This document shows positions 26,269 to 41,345 of a DNA stretch of 64,000 nt, piece by piece. Below the pieces are notes generated by a model that worked only from the letters and a program-made list of their open reading frames with translations, was not told where the DNA came from and searched no databases. Position 1 is the stretch's first letter. Every line of letters begins with the position of its first letter. The position numbers were made by a program, and so were the translations under genes. Origin of the DNA: the human T2T-CHM13v2.0 reference genome, Homo sapiens; assembly GCF_009914755.1 (NCBI RefSeq), contig NC_060935.1. One strand, given 5' to 3'.

Positions 26269-29200
26269 CTTCCAGAGGTCCTTAGGATGTGACACAATGC
26301 ATCCAAGCATTTTGCTAGGGCATAACATGGGGGAACGTTTACTCTACTTCCTAATAACTTTCTTATTTTCATCTGAGATCTCATCATTTTGGACTGCACT
26401 GTCCGTATCCCTATGAGCATCTTGGTCCCAACCTTTTATCAGGGCTCTAAGACGTTCCAAACTTTTCTGCCATTTCCTATCTCTTCTGAGCCCTGCAAAC
26501 TCTTCTAATTTCTGCCTGTTACCTATCTCCAAAGTTGCTTTTACATTTTCAAATGTCTTTATAGCAACACCCTATTCTCAGTACCAATTTTCTTTGTCAA
26601 TACATTCTGATATTGCTATTAAAAAAAAAAACACGAAGCTGGATAACTTATAAAGAGAAGAGGTTTAATTAGTTCATGGTTCTACAGGCAGTACAAGCAT
26701 GGCCCCAGCATCTCCTTCTGGCAAAGGCCTCGGGAAGATTACAATTATGGTGAAAGAAAAGAGAAGGTGACATATCATATGGTGAGAGTGGAAGCAAGAG
26801 AGAGAATGGAGTGGTCCCAGACTCTTTTAAACAAGCAGATCTCACATGAACTAACTAAGTCACATGACTTGGCACTAAAAAATTTATGAGGAATGTGAAT
26901 CCCAAAAACCTGAGACAGGTCTCGGGCAATTTAAGAAGGTTATTTTGCCAAGGTTGAGGAGGCACACCTGTGACACAGCCACAGGAGGTCCGGACAACAT
27001 GTGTCCAAGGTGGTCAGAGCACAGTTTGGTTTTATAGGTTCTAGGGAGACATGAGACATATGCAAGATGAACATTGGTTCAGTCTGGAAAGGTGGGACAA
27101 CTCAAAGCAAAGGCAGAAAGAGTCAAAGTGGGGAGGGTGCTTTCATGTCATAGGCAAATAAGAGACAAATTTTTGCATTCTTCTGAGTTGCTGATTAGCC
27201 TCCCCAAAAGAGATAATCAAATATGTATTTATCTCAGTGAGCAGAGGGGTGACTTTGAATAGAACAAGAGGCAGGTTGGCCCCAAGCAGTTCCCAGCTTG
27301 ACTTTTTCCTTTAGATTAGTAACTTGGGGGCCCCAAGATTTATTTTTCTTTCACATTTTCCTTTTTTTCTTTTTTTAAAATCTTTTGGAGATTCTTTTAG
27401 AACAAAATGAGTCTCTGGTTTCAGGTTTCAACTGATCCATCATGGTTAGGATGGTTTACTCCTAGACAGGTAAGTCTTGAGGCATTAGAAAATGTCATTT
27501 TTAGAAGGTTGTGAAGTCTCATGTCCTGTGAAGAGAAAATAGGGGAAGAAAAAAGAAAAACAACAAAAGAACAATCCTAGAAAATCTATATAGGCCACAT
27601 TACTCTGAAGTCCATACATCAGGAGGCAGATATGAAAGTGGCTTATTTATGTAAATAAGTTGCTATTATTTTCTTCTGAATATTAAGTTGTCTAGCTTCA
27701 GTTTGCAGGGCTTTATGAAATCACAGCTTAGTTTTCAGTGACTCCAAATTAGAAAAAATAGGAAAAAAAGTAAGGGAAAAAAATTGAAAACATTATTTTG
27801 AAAACTTGTAGCCAACAAAAATTAGAATTCAGTCCAAACTGTAGAAAATAATAAAAATGGAAAAATATTGGACAAGACCAGAATCTAACAGCAGGTGTAC
27901 TATAGTTTTTGAAACATAATTTTTCTCTCTTCACTTTCTCATATTTACTGAAGACAAATCACGATAAGACTGGTTTGCTTTATTGTACTTGGCCTAATTA
28001 TTTGTATACAGTACAGCAAGAATAAGTATTTTTTACATAGGCTTTTAAATTGGCTTTGATGGAACTTTGTTTCATAGAAGAAACTTCAGATAAGTCTTTT
28101 TTAAAGCTGAGCCCAGCCATGGATTTGTGCCACCAAATACCTATGAGTTGGGTGATCCTCCCCAGATGAGGTTCTTAGATATACTTGGGGCTCCTGGGTC
28201 TGTCAGAAAATGATATTCTTTACTCATCACAGGTCAGGAACCCTGTACAGGTGCTGTATAGAAAAAGATATGAGGCCAGTTTTTCCAAGGGGCTTTTTTA
28301 TGGAGCCAATTGGCTCCATAAGTCAAGTTTGATTCCTTAAAGGAAAGTATACCATTCCAGTCAAAGCCTTGGGAAAATAACCAGTTTATCTAATTGTGTC
28401 CTGTTACAAAAGAAAACAAATTCTTATTGCACTTATGCAAATAACTGTATTGTCATAAGTTAAGAATTCTCACAAATAGTTTCCAAATTCTAGAGAAATC
28501 AGGTAGAGAGAAACAAATATGCTCCAAATTTTATTCATAGGAGTGTACTTTACTCAATTGATAAAAGCTGCAAATAGCTTAAAAGTTTTCTTGACTCTGA
28601 AAAACAAATTTAAAAAGGTTGCTTTAGTCTTCTATTAGTTAAGTTCACACAGTTAACTCCTGTTCTCCTTGATATTCATGAATATTTCAGCTCTCCATGA
28701 GAGTCCTGAAAGTTTTTTCCTTTATTCTAATGTTATAATCTTCAAAGTTATCAGAAACCTGCATTTAAGAACACCTTTTGTATTTCTGTAGTTGATTATA
28801 AAATCACCTTCTAAAGAAGATCAAAGCAAGACAAAAATCGGCCATGGATGACAAAAGGTTTTAGGGCAGCCATAGTCAAAGACACAATTGACAAGGAAAT
28901 CTGTTATCTTTGTGGCACACAACAATTTAACATAATTATAATTATTGCTGATAATGTATACTAAGTCATAGCAGAATTATATGTGTCTCCCGTGATTTTG
29001 GAACACATTTCAATAGCATATTTATACAAATATACCATTAAAAACTCAAACACTAATTCATAATTGACAATGTTTCGTGTATAATTTTTATGGCAAATTA
29101 GCCAAATTATTTCATTTTTGGACTTTAGGAAACCTAATATCTCAAAGGATTAATTAAATCAGAAGAAAACAATTTATAATCTGATTTTAGAAAGTTCATC

Positions 29201-29859
29201 AAATATCAAACGTTTAAAACACTTGATATCATAGATCATTGTAAAATAAGTCATTCATTTGACCAAAGTGATAACTCAAGGGTTTCATAAAAAAGGTGAA
29301 AACCTTTATTCTTTTAGAGAGGAGACTTAATTTTCCAAATAATAAGCCCTAATAAAAACATCATAAAGCCAATTAAATTTGTTTTTCAAAATTATATAAA
29401 CAATCTATAAAATTTTAATCTTGCCCATAAGACATAACTTCTATGAGCCCTTTATAACCTTTACAACCTTTATTTATGAGTCACTTACTGCTTCAAGAAA
29501 ACCCTATTTATGTGACACAGGGACCCATATGCTGATCTTGAATCCATGTCTCTTTCACATTAATGATTAATTTGTGGAGAAACTGAACTTATTTTATCTC
29601 TCAAAATTAGCCCTTACAATCTCACATTCCCCCCTCTTCCATGATGGTCCCTGGGACTTGAGGAGTTGAATAGTTTTAATTTCTGAACCTGTGTCTCAGA
29701 AATGCAGTTTATTTTGATTGGCATCTTTTATGGGGCCTGAAGATGAGTCTTTAATTGCTGTCAGTGTTGAAGAGTTAGCAGTACTTGGTGCCAATTTTAG
29801 ACCCAGGATTCAAAGCCCTGTAACTTAATGTCACAAGTACTTTAAAAGCACATATAGAA

Positions 29860-30204
<345 letters not shown>

Positions 30205-30728
30205 CTAAAAAAAATTTTAATCTCACTTTTTTTCTAAGCAAACCAAAACTTAATAATAGTGGCATAGGAATTATTTTGATAAAATGTAAAATCTGTTAGA
30301 CCAGTTACCAAAAGGCAAAACAAAAGACCTTTTGCCGTGTACAGAATATTATGTTGGAAGAAAACATTTCCTTGAGATCTTTAAGAAAATATGGTTAACT
30401 TCAGGCCACAACAAACAGAACTTGAGGGGAAAAAATCTTACATGAGCTGAAAATAAGTTGAAGGAGAGCGCTATTATTTCGTGCCTTTTAAAAGAAGGGA
30501 GAAGAAAATGAAAATTGGTGAAACGCAATAAAAGTTGAACTTTGCAGTAAAAAAATTAAAATATCTTAAAATTTATTAAGAGTAAATAAATAACTTAAGG
30601 AAATTTATTTTTCTAATTAATTCTTTAGTGTATAAGTAGTTTTTCTTTACATCAAACCCAATCTCTAGAAAGACCATTATTATTTCCCTTGAATTATAGA
30701 CAACTGGATCATATAAAAGGTTTTGTTT

Positions 30729-32480
30729 GCAGAAATAAATTTTATTTGTAATTTTCAGAAGTAAAGAAAAGTTATAATACTTTAAGTAAACTGTTAATAA
30801 GACTTAGTTGACACCCAGTTAACCTAATCCAGTATTGATGTTTTTATTCTTTTCTTGAAAATACTCAAATACACCTGCATTGTGCTCCTTTAAAAACATG
30901 TTAAGGATACTTGCATTTAACGAGTTTTTTGAGGAAGAAAATTATACAACATTCATGCTTTTCATGATACTGAAAATACTGAATTATATGTCAATTTAAT
31001 TTATCTCTTAGAAGAAAAAGTAACATAATTAAAATCACTGGTTCTCTGATCTTTAGTTCTCTCTCCACAAATAAAACCTATCACTTTTCACAATAAAAAA
31101 GCAAAAAAAATTATACAATTAAAAGGAGGTAAACTGAAACTCTTTATCCCCTTTGTTAAAAGGTAAATTAATTGTGAAAGATCAACATAACAATCATCAC
31201 TGATTTTTTTTTACCATTTAACTCTCGTTCAGATGATAAATAATAATCTATAATGCACCAGTGTATACAAATTTCTTATCACATTTTCCCTTATTTTGTA
31301 AAAAAGGAAAATGGATTTCATGCTTAAAAGAAGGATTAGTGTGACATTACTGAAAGACAATTTTGCTATTATCAAAGTTCAAAAAGTACCCACAGGAATC
31401 TTTTAGGAAACAGGTTACTGTCCATTTCCCAAAATGTGAAATTAGGTGATCATAAATACACAAGAAAAACAAAACATTTTTTGTCCTTAGTTATATTGCT
31501 CCCTTCCGGCCCAAAATTCAGACGAAAAAGATTAAACAGCTTTTGTAGATCATGTCTATCTATTTTAGCAACTTAATGAAAAGCAACCTTCATTTTAAAA
31601 TAAATATCATAACACCATTTTTGAAACTACAAATTAAACTCTCATCATATAAATGAATGTCAATATGAAATTATTTTATCTTGACAATTACATACCATAA
31701 TGAATGAATATAATTTGCAGCTCTTAAATTATTTATTTTTAATTCAAGCAAAGACAATTATGCCACTGCAGTCATTTCCTCATCGGAGTCACTTGATTCA
31801 TTGTTAAGTTCCAATTCCCCTAAATCTTGGTCTACAGTTATAATAGTTTTCCTCTTGCACTTCTTGGGAATTGCATCATTAGCACAAGTTTTTCTTATGT
31901 TAGTGTTTGGCAATTTCTTCAGATTAAAGTCACTTTCCCTAAACGTTTACAGGTTACTTGCATTTAGAATGTCTGGAATCTCAAGACCATATCCTTCATA
32001 CTGCTCTCACTCCCGCTCCATCGTCTGCTTATTGACAGTCTCCCGGGAACAGTGCCACCTCCCCTGCCTGTCCCTGATACTGTTACGTAACTCAGTCTGC
32101 TCCAGCTCACTGCTGAATCGATTTTAATATCTTTCAATTAGTTCACAAGCATCTTTCTTTAAATATCCCTTTTTTGGGGGATCAAGATGATTTTGAAACC
32201 ACTGCAGGTTTTCACAAATAAGGTTGAAAAAAGCCTCACACAAGGCTTTTTCATTCTTCAATTTTCTGTTTTTCTTGTTTGTGGGCCTCTCTCGTAATTT
32301 GAGCTGCTTTTCTACTAAATGGATGGGTTACTTTTTTTTTTCCGGTCCTGCACTTTTTCCCTTTGATGCTTTAGGCATGGTGATGTCCTCGCTGTCACGG
32401 AGGAGCTCCACACTCTAGACCCAGGCGATCTCATGAACCACAGGAGCAGCAGCTCACACGAGTACCTGGGCTGAATCCCC
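30729..32480 (-). pseudogene. TMA16P1: TMA16 (translation machinery-associated 16, C4orf43) processed pseudogene; CDS remnant 32378->31758
   Basis: Intronless minus-strand translation [91 protein letters not shown]; 5' UTR, ~1-kb 3' UTR, AATAAA at 30741-30746, TSD aaaag[gt]ttttgttt; frameshifts and stops. Parent gene is confident; the P1 number is inferred from the neighbouring GLYAT-like sequence. Confidence 0.93.
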
Positions 32481-35400
32481 AAAAGTTTTTGTTTTGTTTT
32501 ATTTTTTATGAATCCTTTTATTGTGAAAAACAACTAGTCATTTTATTCTAGGTCTAAATTTACCATACAAGATTCTTTCTCATATAAAATTATTTCTCTT
32601 TAAGTGTTCTTACCAAAGATACCTCTTTGTTTCTATAACTTTCTTTACATGTCTCATATTTCCTGGTTCCTTTTACCTTGTTTTATACATAACCTTTAAA
32701 TAAGCTTTAAATTAGATAAAAATTGTTCACCTTTTTAAAAAGGAAATTTTTAAAAAAAGAATGTTTTCCTACAATATATTTTTATTGGAAAATACCCAAA
32801 TAATAAGATATTTATTATTTAACTTAATATAACTTCAGATTCTAAATTCTGACACATTTGTCTGTATTCCATTACATTTATCTAATTATTTTATTTTATT
32901 CATTTATCTAGATTATTTATAAAAACTGTGATAGTCATCATTTAAAGTTTGAAGCTCACCACTGCAAAATTCTAACTGAGACAATGGAAAAAATATGACC
33001 TAAGTGACTCCATCTTGCTTCTAACCTCCAACCTGTCCTTGTTGATTCCTGGACTTTGGGAGGAATTTAGTTTATAGTTCTATTTTTATTAAACTAATAT
33101 GAATGTTTTATTTATTAAAGATTATACAAGCAAAGATTATTCTGTCTTGGGCTAGGTTTATAGTTTTGTAACCACTATGCCAAATTTTGACACCTTATAG
33201 TATTTGGCAGGGATAAGTATGAAATTCCTTAATAATTGCAAACAAAACTGTATGCTAGCAATTCTTAATACATTTATAATATTACTTTACCAATAATTTT
33301 AAAGCTAGCTGATTTATTAAAAATTTTACTTAAGTCATGTAAACTTGAAAGTACATTTGAATAGTCTTTCGTTTTTTGATAAAGTATTTGATATAATCAC
33401 TTTTATTTTTCTTTAAGCCATTTAATTAGAGTTCTTTTATATATTTTCAGTAGTGAATCTTTGTGTACACAACACATAAATACATAGATGTATGCTGATA
33501 GAAAGTACACCTTATAGATTCCTAAAGACTTTTCTTCCTATCTTAAGCTTTCAGATTCTTGATAACCTGCTTCAGAAGCCTAGGCAGTTGTCAGCTAAAT
33601 AGCCTTAAATTTGCATATTAAAGGAAACAACTCAAGTGAAAATTAAATAGCAAAATTTACATCATAAGGTACACAGAGAAAAAGTCTGGTGGTGCTGGAG
33701 AAAGATTAAAGATGGATGCCAAGTCAAACATAAAATTATAGAAATCTATCATATAATTGTATAAGGAGACCAATTTTATTTAGATGGAGACTACCTATCT
33801 TTTAACTGGATCTCTGAGCTCTGGGTAGAGCCCACACTGAATCCTGGATCTCCAAAATGGGAGAATTATTTTGAGATTAGACTGTGTGATATTTTTACAA
33901 TGCACTTAAAAAAATTTTTTTTAAACAAAGACATTTCTAAGTGTCTGAAGTACCCTCTTTCTTAAAAATCCCCAGAGTAGCCTCTGTTGCAATAGTTATT
34001 AATGAAGAAAACAGAATTAAGTCAACTGAGAAGAAAAAGAACTTTTGCTCCGAAAAAGACAAGGTCCAAAAAGAGAAAATATAAACAAAACATGAAGACC
34101 TTTTAAATACAAACACACACACACACACACACTCATCTTGGATGTTAGCCTTTAATTAAGCTGACTTTTAACAACTGAGCTCCTTTTAAAAAAATGTTTT
34201 AAATCTCATTACTATATTTCAGCTAGGACAAATTGCTGCTATTTCAGAAGCACCAAGTATTAAAGCAGAAATGGCTTGATTTAGAAACTGTGAATCCCCA
34301 AAATCAGAGACAGGTCACAGTTTATTAGGAAGTTTATTTTGCCAAGGTTGAGGATGCACATCCATGACATAGCCTCAGGAGGTCCTGACAACATGTACCC
34401 AAGGTGGTCAGAGAACAATTTGGTTTATGCATTCTAGGGAGACATGAGACATCAATCAACATATGCAAGATGAACATTGATTCTGTCTAGAAAGGCGGGA
34501 AAACTCAAAGCAAATGTGGGAAGACTCGAAGTGGTGAGGGGGCTTCCAGGTCATAGGTAGATCAGAGGTAAATGGTTGCATTTTTTTGAGTCTCTGATTA
34601 GCCTCTCCAAAGGAGGCAATCAGATATGCATTTATCTCAGTGAGCAGAGTGGTGACCTTGAATAGAATGGGAGGCAGGTTGGCTCTAATCAGTTCCCAGC
34701 TTGACTTTTCTTCTTAGCTTAGTAATTTGGGGGCCCCAAGATTTATTTTCCTTTCACTAGAATTTGTTCTCAGGATCCAATCATCTTGTACCACGCCCAA
34801 ATTCCAACATTGGGAATAACATTTAAACATGACATTTGAATGGGATGAGCACCCAAACCATATCACCACCCATCAACCATGGAAAACACATTCTTCTGAT
34901 TTACACAAAAAATATACTCCAAGATTGATCTCATGCTCAGCCATAAAGCAAGCATCAATAAATTCAAAAAAAGTCAAAATTATATCACCCATAGTCTTGA
35001 ACCACAGTGGAATAAAAATATAAAGCAATACCAAGAATATCTCCAGAAAACATACGATTACATGGAAACTAAACAACCTTCTCCTGAATTACTTTTGGGT
35101 AAACAACAAAACTAAGGCAGAAATAAGTTCTTTGAAATAAATGAAAACAGAGACACAACATACCTAAATATCTGGGATACAGCAAAATAACTCTTAAGAA
35201 GAAAGCTTATAGTGCTAAATGCTTACCTCAAAAAGTTTGAAAGATCTGAAGTTAACAACCCACTACAACATCTAGAGGAACTAGAAAAACACACACAAAA
35301 CTAATGCCAGAGTTAGCAAAATAAAATAAATAACCAAAACTGGAACAGAACTTAACAAAATTGAGACCTAAAAATCTGTACAGAGAATCAGTAAAACAAA

Positions 35401-38330
35401 AAAATTGGTTGTTTGAAAGGATAAACAAGACTGATAGACTACTAACTAGATTAACAAGCGAAAAAAAGAGAGCGATCCAAATAAACACAATTAGAAATGA
35501 CAAAGGGGATATTAGAATCAATCCAACAGAAATATAAAAGATCACTTGGAGACTATTATGAACACCTCTATGCATACAAACTAGAAAATCTAGAGGAAAT
35601 TGATATATTTCTGGAAACGGACAATTGCCCAAGATTGAGTCAGGGAGAAATTAAAACCTTGAATAAACCAATATCAAGGCCCAAAATTGAATCAGTAATT
35701 AAAAACAAAACTTACAAACCAAAAAAATTTTTAGACCAGATGGATTCACAAGAGAATTGTATCAGATGTACAAAGAAGAGCTGGTACCAATTCTACTGAA
35801 ACTATTTCAAAATAACAGGAAAAAGAAATCCTGTCTAACCCATTGTGTGAAGCCAGCATCACCCTAATAGCAAAACCAAGCAAAGACACATTGAAAGAAT
35901 AACATTATGAGCTAATATCTCTAATGAACATAGACACAAACGTCCTCAACAAAATATTAGCACACCAAATCTAGCAGCACATCAAAAAGTTAATTCACCA
36001 TCACCAAGTAGGCTTTATTCCTGGGATGCAAGTTTGTTTCAGCATACACAAATCAATAAATGTGGCTCATCACATACACAGAATTAAAACCAAAGCTGTA
36101 TGATCATCTCAATATTTGCAGAAAAAGCTTTTGATAAAATACTTCATTCATACATAATAAAAACACTCAACAAACTAGGCATCAAAGGAACATACATCAA
36201 AATAATAAGAGCCATCTATGAAACACCCACAGCAAATGTCACAGTGAATGGGCAAAAACTCGAAACAATTCTTTTGAGAAACAGAAAGATTAGAATGCTT
36301 ACTTTCACCTTCTATACAACATAGTACTATGAGTGCTGACCAGAGCAATCAGGCAAGAGAAAGAAATAAAAGGCATCTGAATAGGAAAAGATGTCAAACT
36401 ATCTCTTTTCACTGATGATAAAATTCCTGTACCTAGGAAATCCTAAAAAGTCTCTTCCAAAAGGCTCCTTGAACAGATAAGCCCCTTCAGTAAAGCCATG
36501 TGATACAAAATCAATGTGAAAAATCAATAGTATTTTTATATACCAATAACATTCAAGCCTAAAGCCAAATAAAGAATGCAATCCCATTTACAATAGCCAC
36601 AAAATAAAACCTAGGAACACATGTAACTAAAGAGGTGAATGATCTCTGCAAGAATAACTATTAAACACTGCTGGAAGAAATTACAGATTATACAAACAAA
36701 TGGAAAAACATTCCATGCTCATAGATTGAAAGAATAAATATCATTAAAATGGCCATACTATTCTAAGCACTCTACATATTTAATGCTTCCTATCAGCCTG
36801 CCAATATCATTTTTCACATAACTAGAAAAAATCATTCTAAAATGTATATGGAATCAAAAAAGAGCACAAATAGCTAAAACAATCTTAAGCAAAAAGAATA
36901 AAGCCAGAGACATCAAGTTACTTGACTTTATAATATAAGGCTACAGTAACCAAAACATTATGGTATTGATACAAACACATAAACATAGACCAATGGAACA
37001 AAATAGAGAACCGAGAAATAAAGCCACACACCCTCTGATCTTTCACAAAATTGACCACAAAAGCAATGGAGCAAGGACTCCCCATTCAAAAAATGGTGCT
37101 AGGATAGCTAGCTAGCTATATGCAGAAGAATGAAACTGGACCCCTACTTTCACCGTATACAAAAATTAACTCAAGATGAATCAAAGACTTAAATGTCAAA
37201 CCTAAAACTATAATAATCCTAACAGACAATGTAGGCAACACCATTCTGGACTTTGACCTTGGAGAATAATTTATAACTAAGTACTCAAAAAAGATTGCAA
37301 CAGAAAAAAAATTAACAACTAAGAAATAAACACAGCAAAAGAAACTATCAACAGAGTAAACAGACAACCTACATACGGGAGAAAATATTCATAAACTATG
37401 CATCTCACAAGGGTCTAATACCCAGAATCTATAAGGAACTTAATAAATTCAACAAGCAAAAAGGAACCCAATTAAAAAATGGGCAAAATACATGAACAGA
37501 CACTTCTCAAAAGAAGATATATAAGTGGCCAATAAACATATGAATAAATGCTCGACATCATTAATCATCAGAGAAATGCAAATCAAAACCACAATGAGAC
37601 ACCATTCCACAACAGTCAGAATGACTATTATTAAAAAGTCAAAAAACAACTGATGGTGGCAAGACTGCATAGAAAAGGGAGCATGTACACCCTATTTGTG
37701 GGAATGTAAATTACTTCAGCCACCATAGAAAACAGTTTGGAGATTTCTCAAATAACTTGAAACAGAACTACTGATATATGCCCACAGGGAAATGAATCAT
37801 TCTATGAAAAAAGCACATGAACTTATATGTTCATTGTGATACTATTCACGATGGAAAATACATGAAATCAACCTAAGTACCCATCAATGGTGGATTAGAT
37901 AAAGGAAATGTGGTACATGTACATCACAGAATACTAGGCAGCCATAAAAAAGAATAAAATCGTGTCCTTTGCAACATCATGGATGCAGCTGGAGGCCATT
38001 ATCCTAAGCAAAGTAACACAGGAACTAAAAACAAAATACCTCATGTTCTCGCTTATATGTGGTAGCTAAGCATTGAATACTTGTGAACATAAAAAATAGC
38101 AACAATAGATATTGCAGACTGCTAGAGAGGAGAGGAAGAGAGGGGGGCAAAAGTTGAAAAACAAACTATTGGCAACTGTTGGGTATTATGCTCAGTACCC
38201 TCAGTACCTAGGCGATGAGATTAATTGTATCCCAAACCTCACCGTCATGCAATATACAAATATAACAAGCCTACACATGTACCACTAAATAAGTTGATTT
38301 TTTTTAAAAAAAAAAAGCAAAAAAAAAAAG

Positions 38331-38790
38331 AAATAAAGGACATGAAAATTGGAAAAGAAGTTAAACTGTTCTTGTTTACAAATGATATACTCTGATATTT
38401 AGAAAACCCTAAAGACTCTGTCAAAAAAATGGAACTGAGAAACAAATTCCATAAACTTGTAGTATACAAAATAAACACAAAAATCCATAGCACTTTATAT
38501 ACCAAAAGTAAATAACCTGAAAAAGAAATTAGGAAATCAATACCATTTATAATAGTTACAAAAATTAAAATACATGAGAATAAACTTAACCAAAGAGTTG
38601 AGAGAGATCTCTATAATAAAAGCATAAACCACTGATGACAGAAATTGGAGAGGACACCAAAAATAGAAAGATATTCAGTGTTCATGAATTAGAAAAATCA
38701 AAATTGAATTAATGGGTACATTGAATATAAATAGAAGTTACCAGAGGCTGAGAAGGGTAATAAGGAGGGGAGGCTAAAGAAAATAGAGTT
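38331..38790 (+). mobile_element. Older L1M(A)-type ORF2 segment, part 2
   Basis: Continues the RT region broken at 21970 (aaataaaggacatgaaaattggaaaagaagttaaactgttcttgtttacaaatgat). Confidence 0.8.
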
Positions 38791-38859
38791 ATTTTCCAAA
38801 CTCTACTTTTGATGGTGCAAAATAAATCTGGGTAAAACTCTGGTGTTTTAGGAAGCCAC

Positions 38860-39836
38860 AACAAATTGTGCTGATAGTCATATATATATATATATATATT
38901 TTACTGTTACCCAGTCACAATATTAAAAAGTCAAATTCACTTAGGAAGGTTCTTAATGAGCTGAAAAATGATTAATTTCATTACATCTTAAATCCTTAGT
39001 ATTTGTATTTTTAATACTCTTTATGACAAATTGAGAAATACGTATATACCCTTCAGTTTCATACTAGAGCACATTGAGCCCAGCATTTCACTGAAAAAAA
39101 CTGAGAAATTTGTTGACAATGATAAAATTGAGCACACAAGCAAAAGTTAGAAAACTTGTATGCAGTACCAAAAGCTTGAAAGTTACCCAATAATTAAAGA
39201 CTTATTTTTTCAGATTGGTGGTGATATTAGCAAAAGAGATTTCTTGACATCTTATAACAAAATGTATAAACATTTGGAAGATCTGCAGAAGTCAGTGGAT
39301 TAATATTTTTCAAATGACCATAGCATGATATTATGAAAGCACACATGAATAAAATATATATTCACAGTAAAGACAAATCAATAGACTTTAACATAACAGT
39401 ACATGAAAATGTATTCTTTTATATTTCATATTGCAACTAACCTTCATAACGCTACCTCTTGACTTTTAGTGTAGTATCAAATAATTATATCAGATAGCTA
39501 TTAAATACTCTTTTTCCATCTGCATATTTATGTGAGGCTGGATTTTCTTTATACACTTCATTCATAATAGCAAATTACAACAAAATTAATGTAGAAGCAG
39601 ATGTAAGAATACAGCTATCTCCTATGAAGTTAAACATTTTAAAAATATGGAACAATGCCATTCTTGTCCCTTAGGTTTTTTTTGGAAAATAGAGTTATTT
39701 TCCATAAAATATCTTATGCTATCACAAAAAATGTAATTTATGTTAACATTTAATTAGTTGATTCTTATTTCTAATAAACATACTGTTTAGAATTATTAGT
39801 TTTATTTTTTAATATTGTAAATTTTGACAGATGTAC
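38860..39836 (+). mobile_element. Charlie1-type hAT DNA transposon fragment
   Basis: Characteristic stretches (gattggtggtgatatta, aaacatttggaagatctgca, tgtgaggctggattttctt, aatgtagaagcagatgtaagaatacagct). Confidence 0.7.
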
Positions 39837-39840
39837 ACTT

Positions 39841-39990
39841 TATTAGTCAGTGTTCTCTAAAGAAACAGAACCAACAGGATGTATGTAGATATATCAGAGA
39901 AGATTTATTATGGGAATTGACTCACTTGATTATGGAGGCCAAGAAGTCCCACTACATTTTGTTTGCATGCTGGAGAATTAAAAGAGCTGG
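39841..39990 (-). mobile_element. MLT2 LTR fragment
   Basis: tattagtcagtgttctctaaagaaacagaaccaacaggatg...ttatggaggccaagaagtccc. Confidence 0.75.
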
Positions 39991-40194
39991 ATAGTTTTTA
40001 AGATCCATCTCAACTCAAACATCCAGAGCTGTGTCTTAATATCTCCCAAGCTTCAACCTGCATATAATACTTCTCATTAATTTATCAGACAAAAGCAAGG
40101 GGTGTGTATGAGAGAAGTCCTGTGATAAATACTCTTTTCTTTGACTGTAATGAATGAGAATAATTTGGGGGTCCCCAAATGGGCCAACCTGAAT

Positions 40195-40582
40195 TGGGGT
40201 ACATTTCCACTGATGTCAGTCACAAGGATCAACTTGGAAACCCAAGCATTTCCTGATCCTTAAGATTTATTCATTTTCTTCTGCCAGATATCCCCATAAA
40301 ATAGAGTGCCCTGCTCAGTGAAAGGTTTCATTTTATGCCCTTTGGCCTGCCCTGAGAAGCCCTGGAGGTGGAAGTTAGGATGGGTGTAAGCCATACTCAC
40401 TTCTCAAGACTGTTCCATCACACACCAAGAGACAGGGTATCTTTTTGTGCTCTGTAGAAAAGTGCTGAATGCATCACTAGACACAACTCAAACTCTATTT
40501 ATTCCGATCATGTTTCCAGTTACTTTTCACCACCCTTGCATAGGGGGCCTCCAGCAAAGACATCTTGATGACCAGATTTGAT
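40195..40582 (-). pseudogene. GLYAT-like terminal coding exon
   Basis: IKMSLLEAPYARVVKSNWKHDRNK*SLSCV**CIQHF...PVSWCVMEQS*EVSMAYTHPNFHLQG...AEENE*ILRIRKCLGFQVDPCD*HQWKCTP, matching recalled GLYATL2 LVSWIVMEQSCELRMGYTVP...LGFKICPCGWHQWKCTP; acceptor AG lost. Confidence 0.9.
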
Positions 40583-40927
40583 CGACAAAGAAAACTTCCC
40601 ATGTGATAACTAGGTGACATAGAGATTAGGTTAGAACATTTGGCTTCTGGCTCATTCTGCCATATATCTTGTATATATGCTTAAAAGTTCCCTCTCATAG
40701 CTCAATTCCATGAGCCTCTATCTAAAGTCAGCTGTAGTCTCCAACTCATACCTCAAACTAGTTACTCATAGGCCACTCATAGTCATAACATTCCAAACCT
40801 GCCCATGCCCAGACTTCTTTCCTTCCTAACACGCTCCAAAGGAATCCACCCTCCTCATGCAGTTTTACCTCTTTTAAACAGAGCAAGCTATTTACAGTAA
40901 ACAGAGGTACCCAAGATCTGTTCTCAC

Positions 40928-41127
40928 CTCTCAGTTTTCCATCATTTGGGCTGGATACATCAGAATAGGTTCTAAACTTGGTTTGTGGTGGGGCGAGGGA
41001 GGGGGGATTCAATTCCTGAGTTGATTTGGTTGCCATCTAATAAGAAGTAGGTCGCTCATATATCCACCTGCGTTAACTTTAAAGTGGAAGTCCTCTTTAT
41101 CACCTGATCCCAATCCCCCTAACAACC
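40928..41127 (-). pseudogene. GLYAT-like penultimate exon
   Basis: Acceptor tctgtcag, donor ag|gtgaga; GC*GDWDQVIKRTSTLKLTQVDI*ATYFLL vs recalled GLYATL2 GCQEGLDEAIRKVATSKSVQVDYMKTILFI. Confidence 0.75.
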
Positions 41128-41139
41128 CTGACAGATAAT

Positions 41140-41345
41140 AACAATAAACGATAATGTGTACCATTTATTGACCATTACCATGTTATAGGCACTGTGAGAG
41201 AAACACTTTGTATGTGTTATCTCTTTTAGTCATCATTGTAACTCTAAGAAAGATTCTCTTATTGTCCATTCTAAGATGTATTAACTCAGACTTAAAACAG
41301 AAGAGCCAGAATCCAAAGCAAGGTCTAATTCCAAAACCTGGATGT
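41140..41345 (+). mobile_element. MIR SINE fragment
   Basis: ccatttattgacc...ggcactgtg...agagccagaatccaaagcaaggtctaattccaaa; strand tentative. Confidence 0.6.

Noticed and set aside
31801-32533. ORF-track entries overlapping the TMA16 retrocopy
   Set aside because: Antisense or out-of-frame readings of the pseudogene
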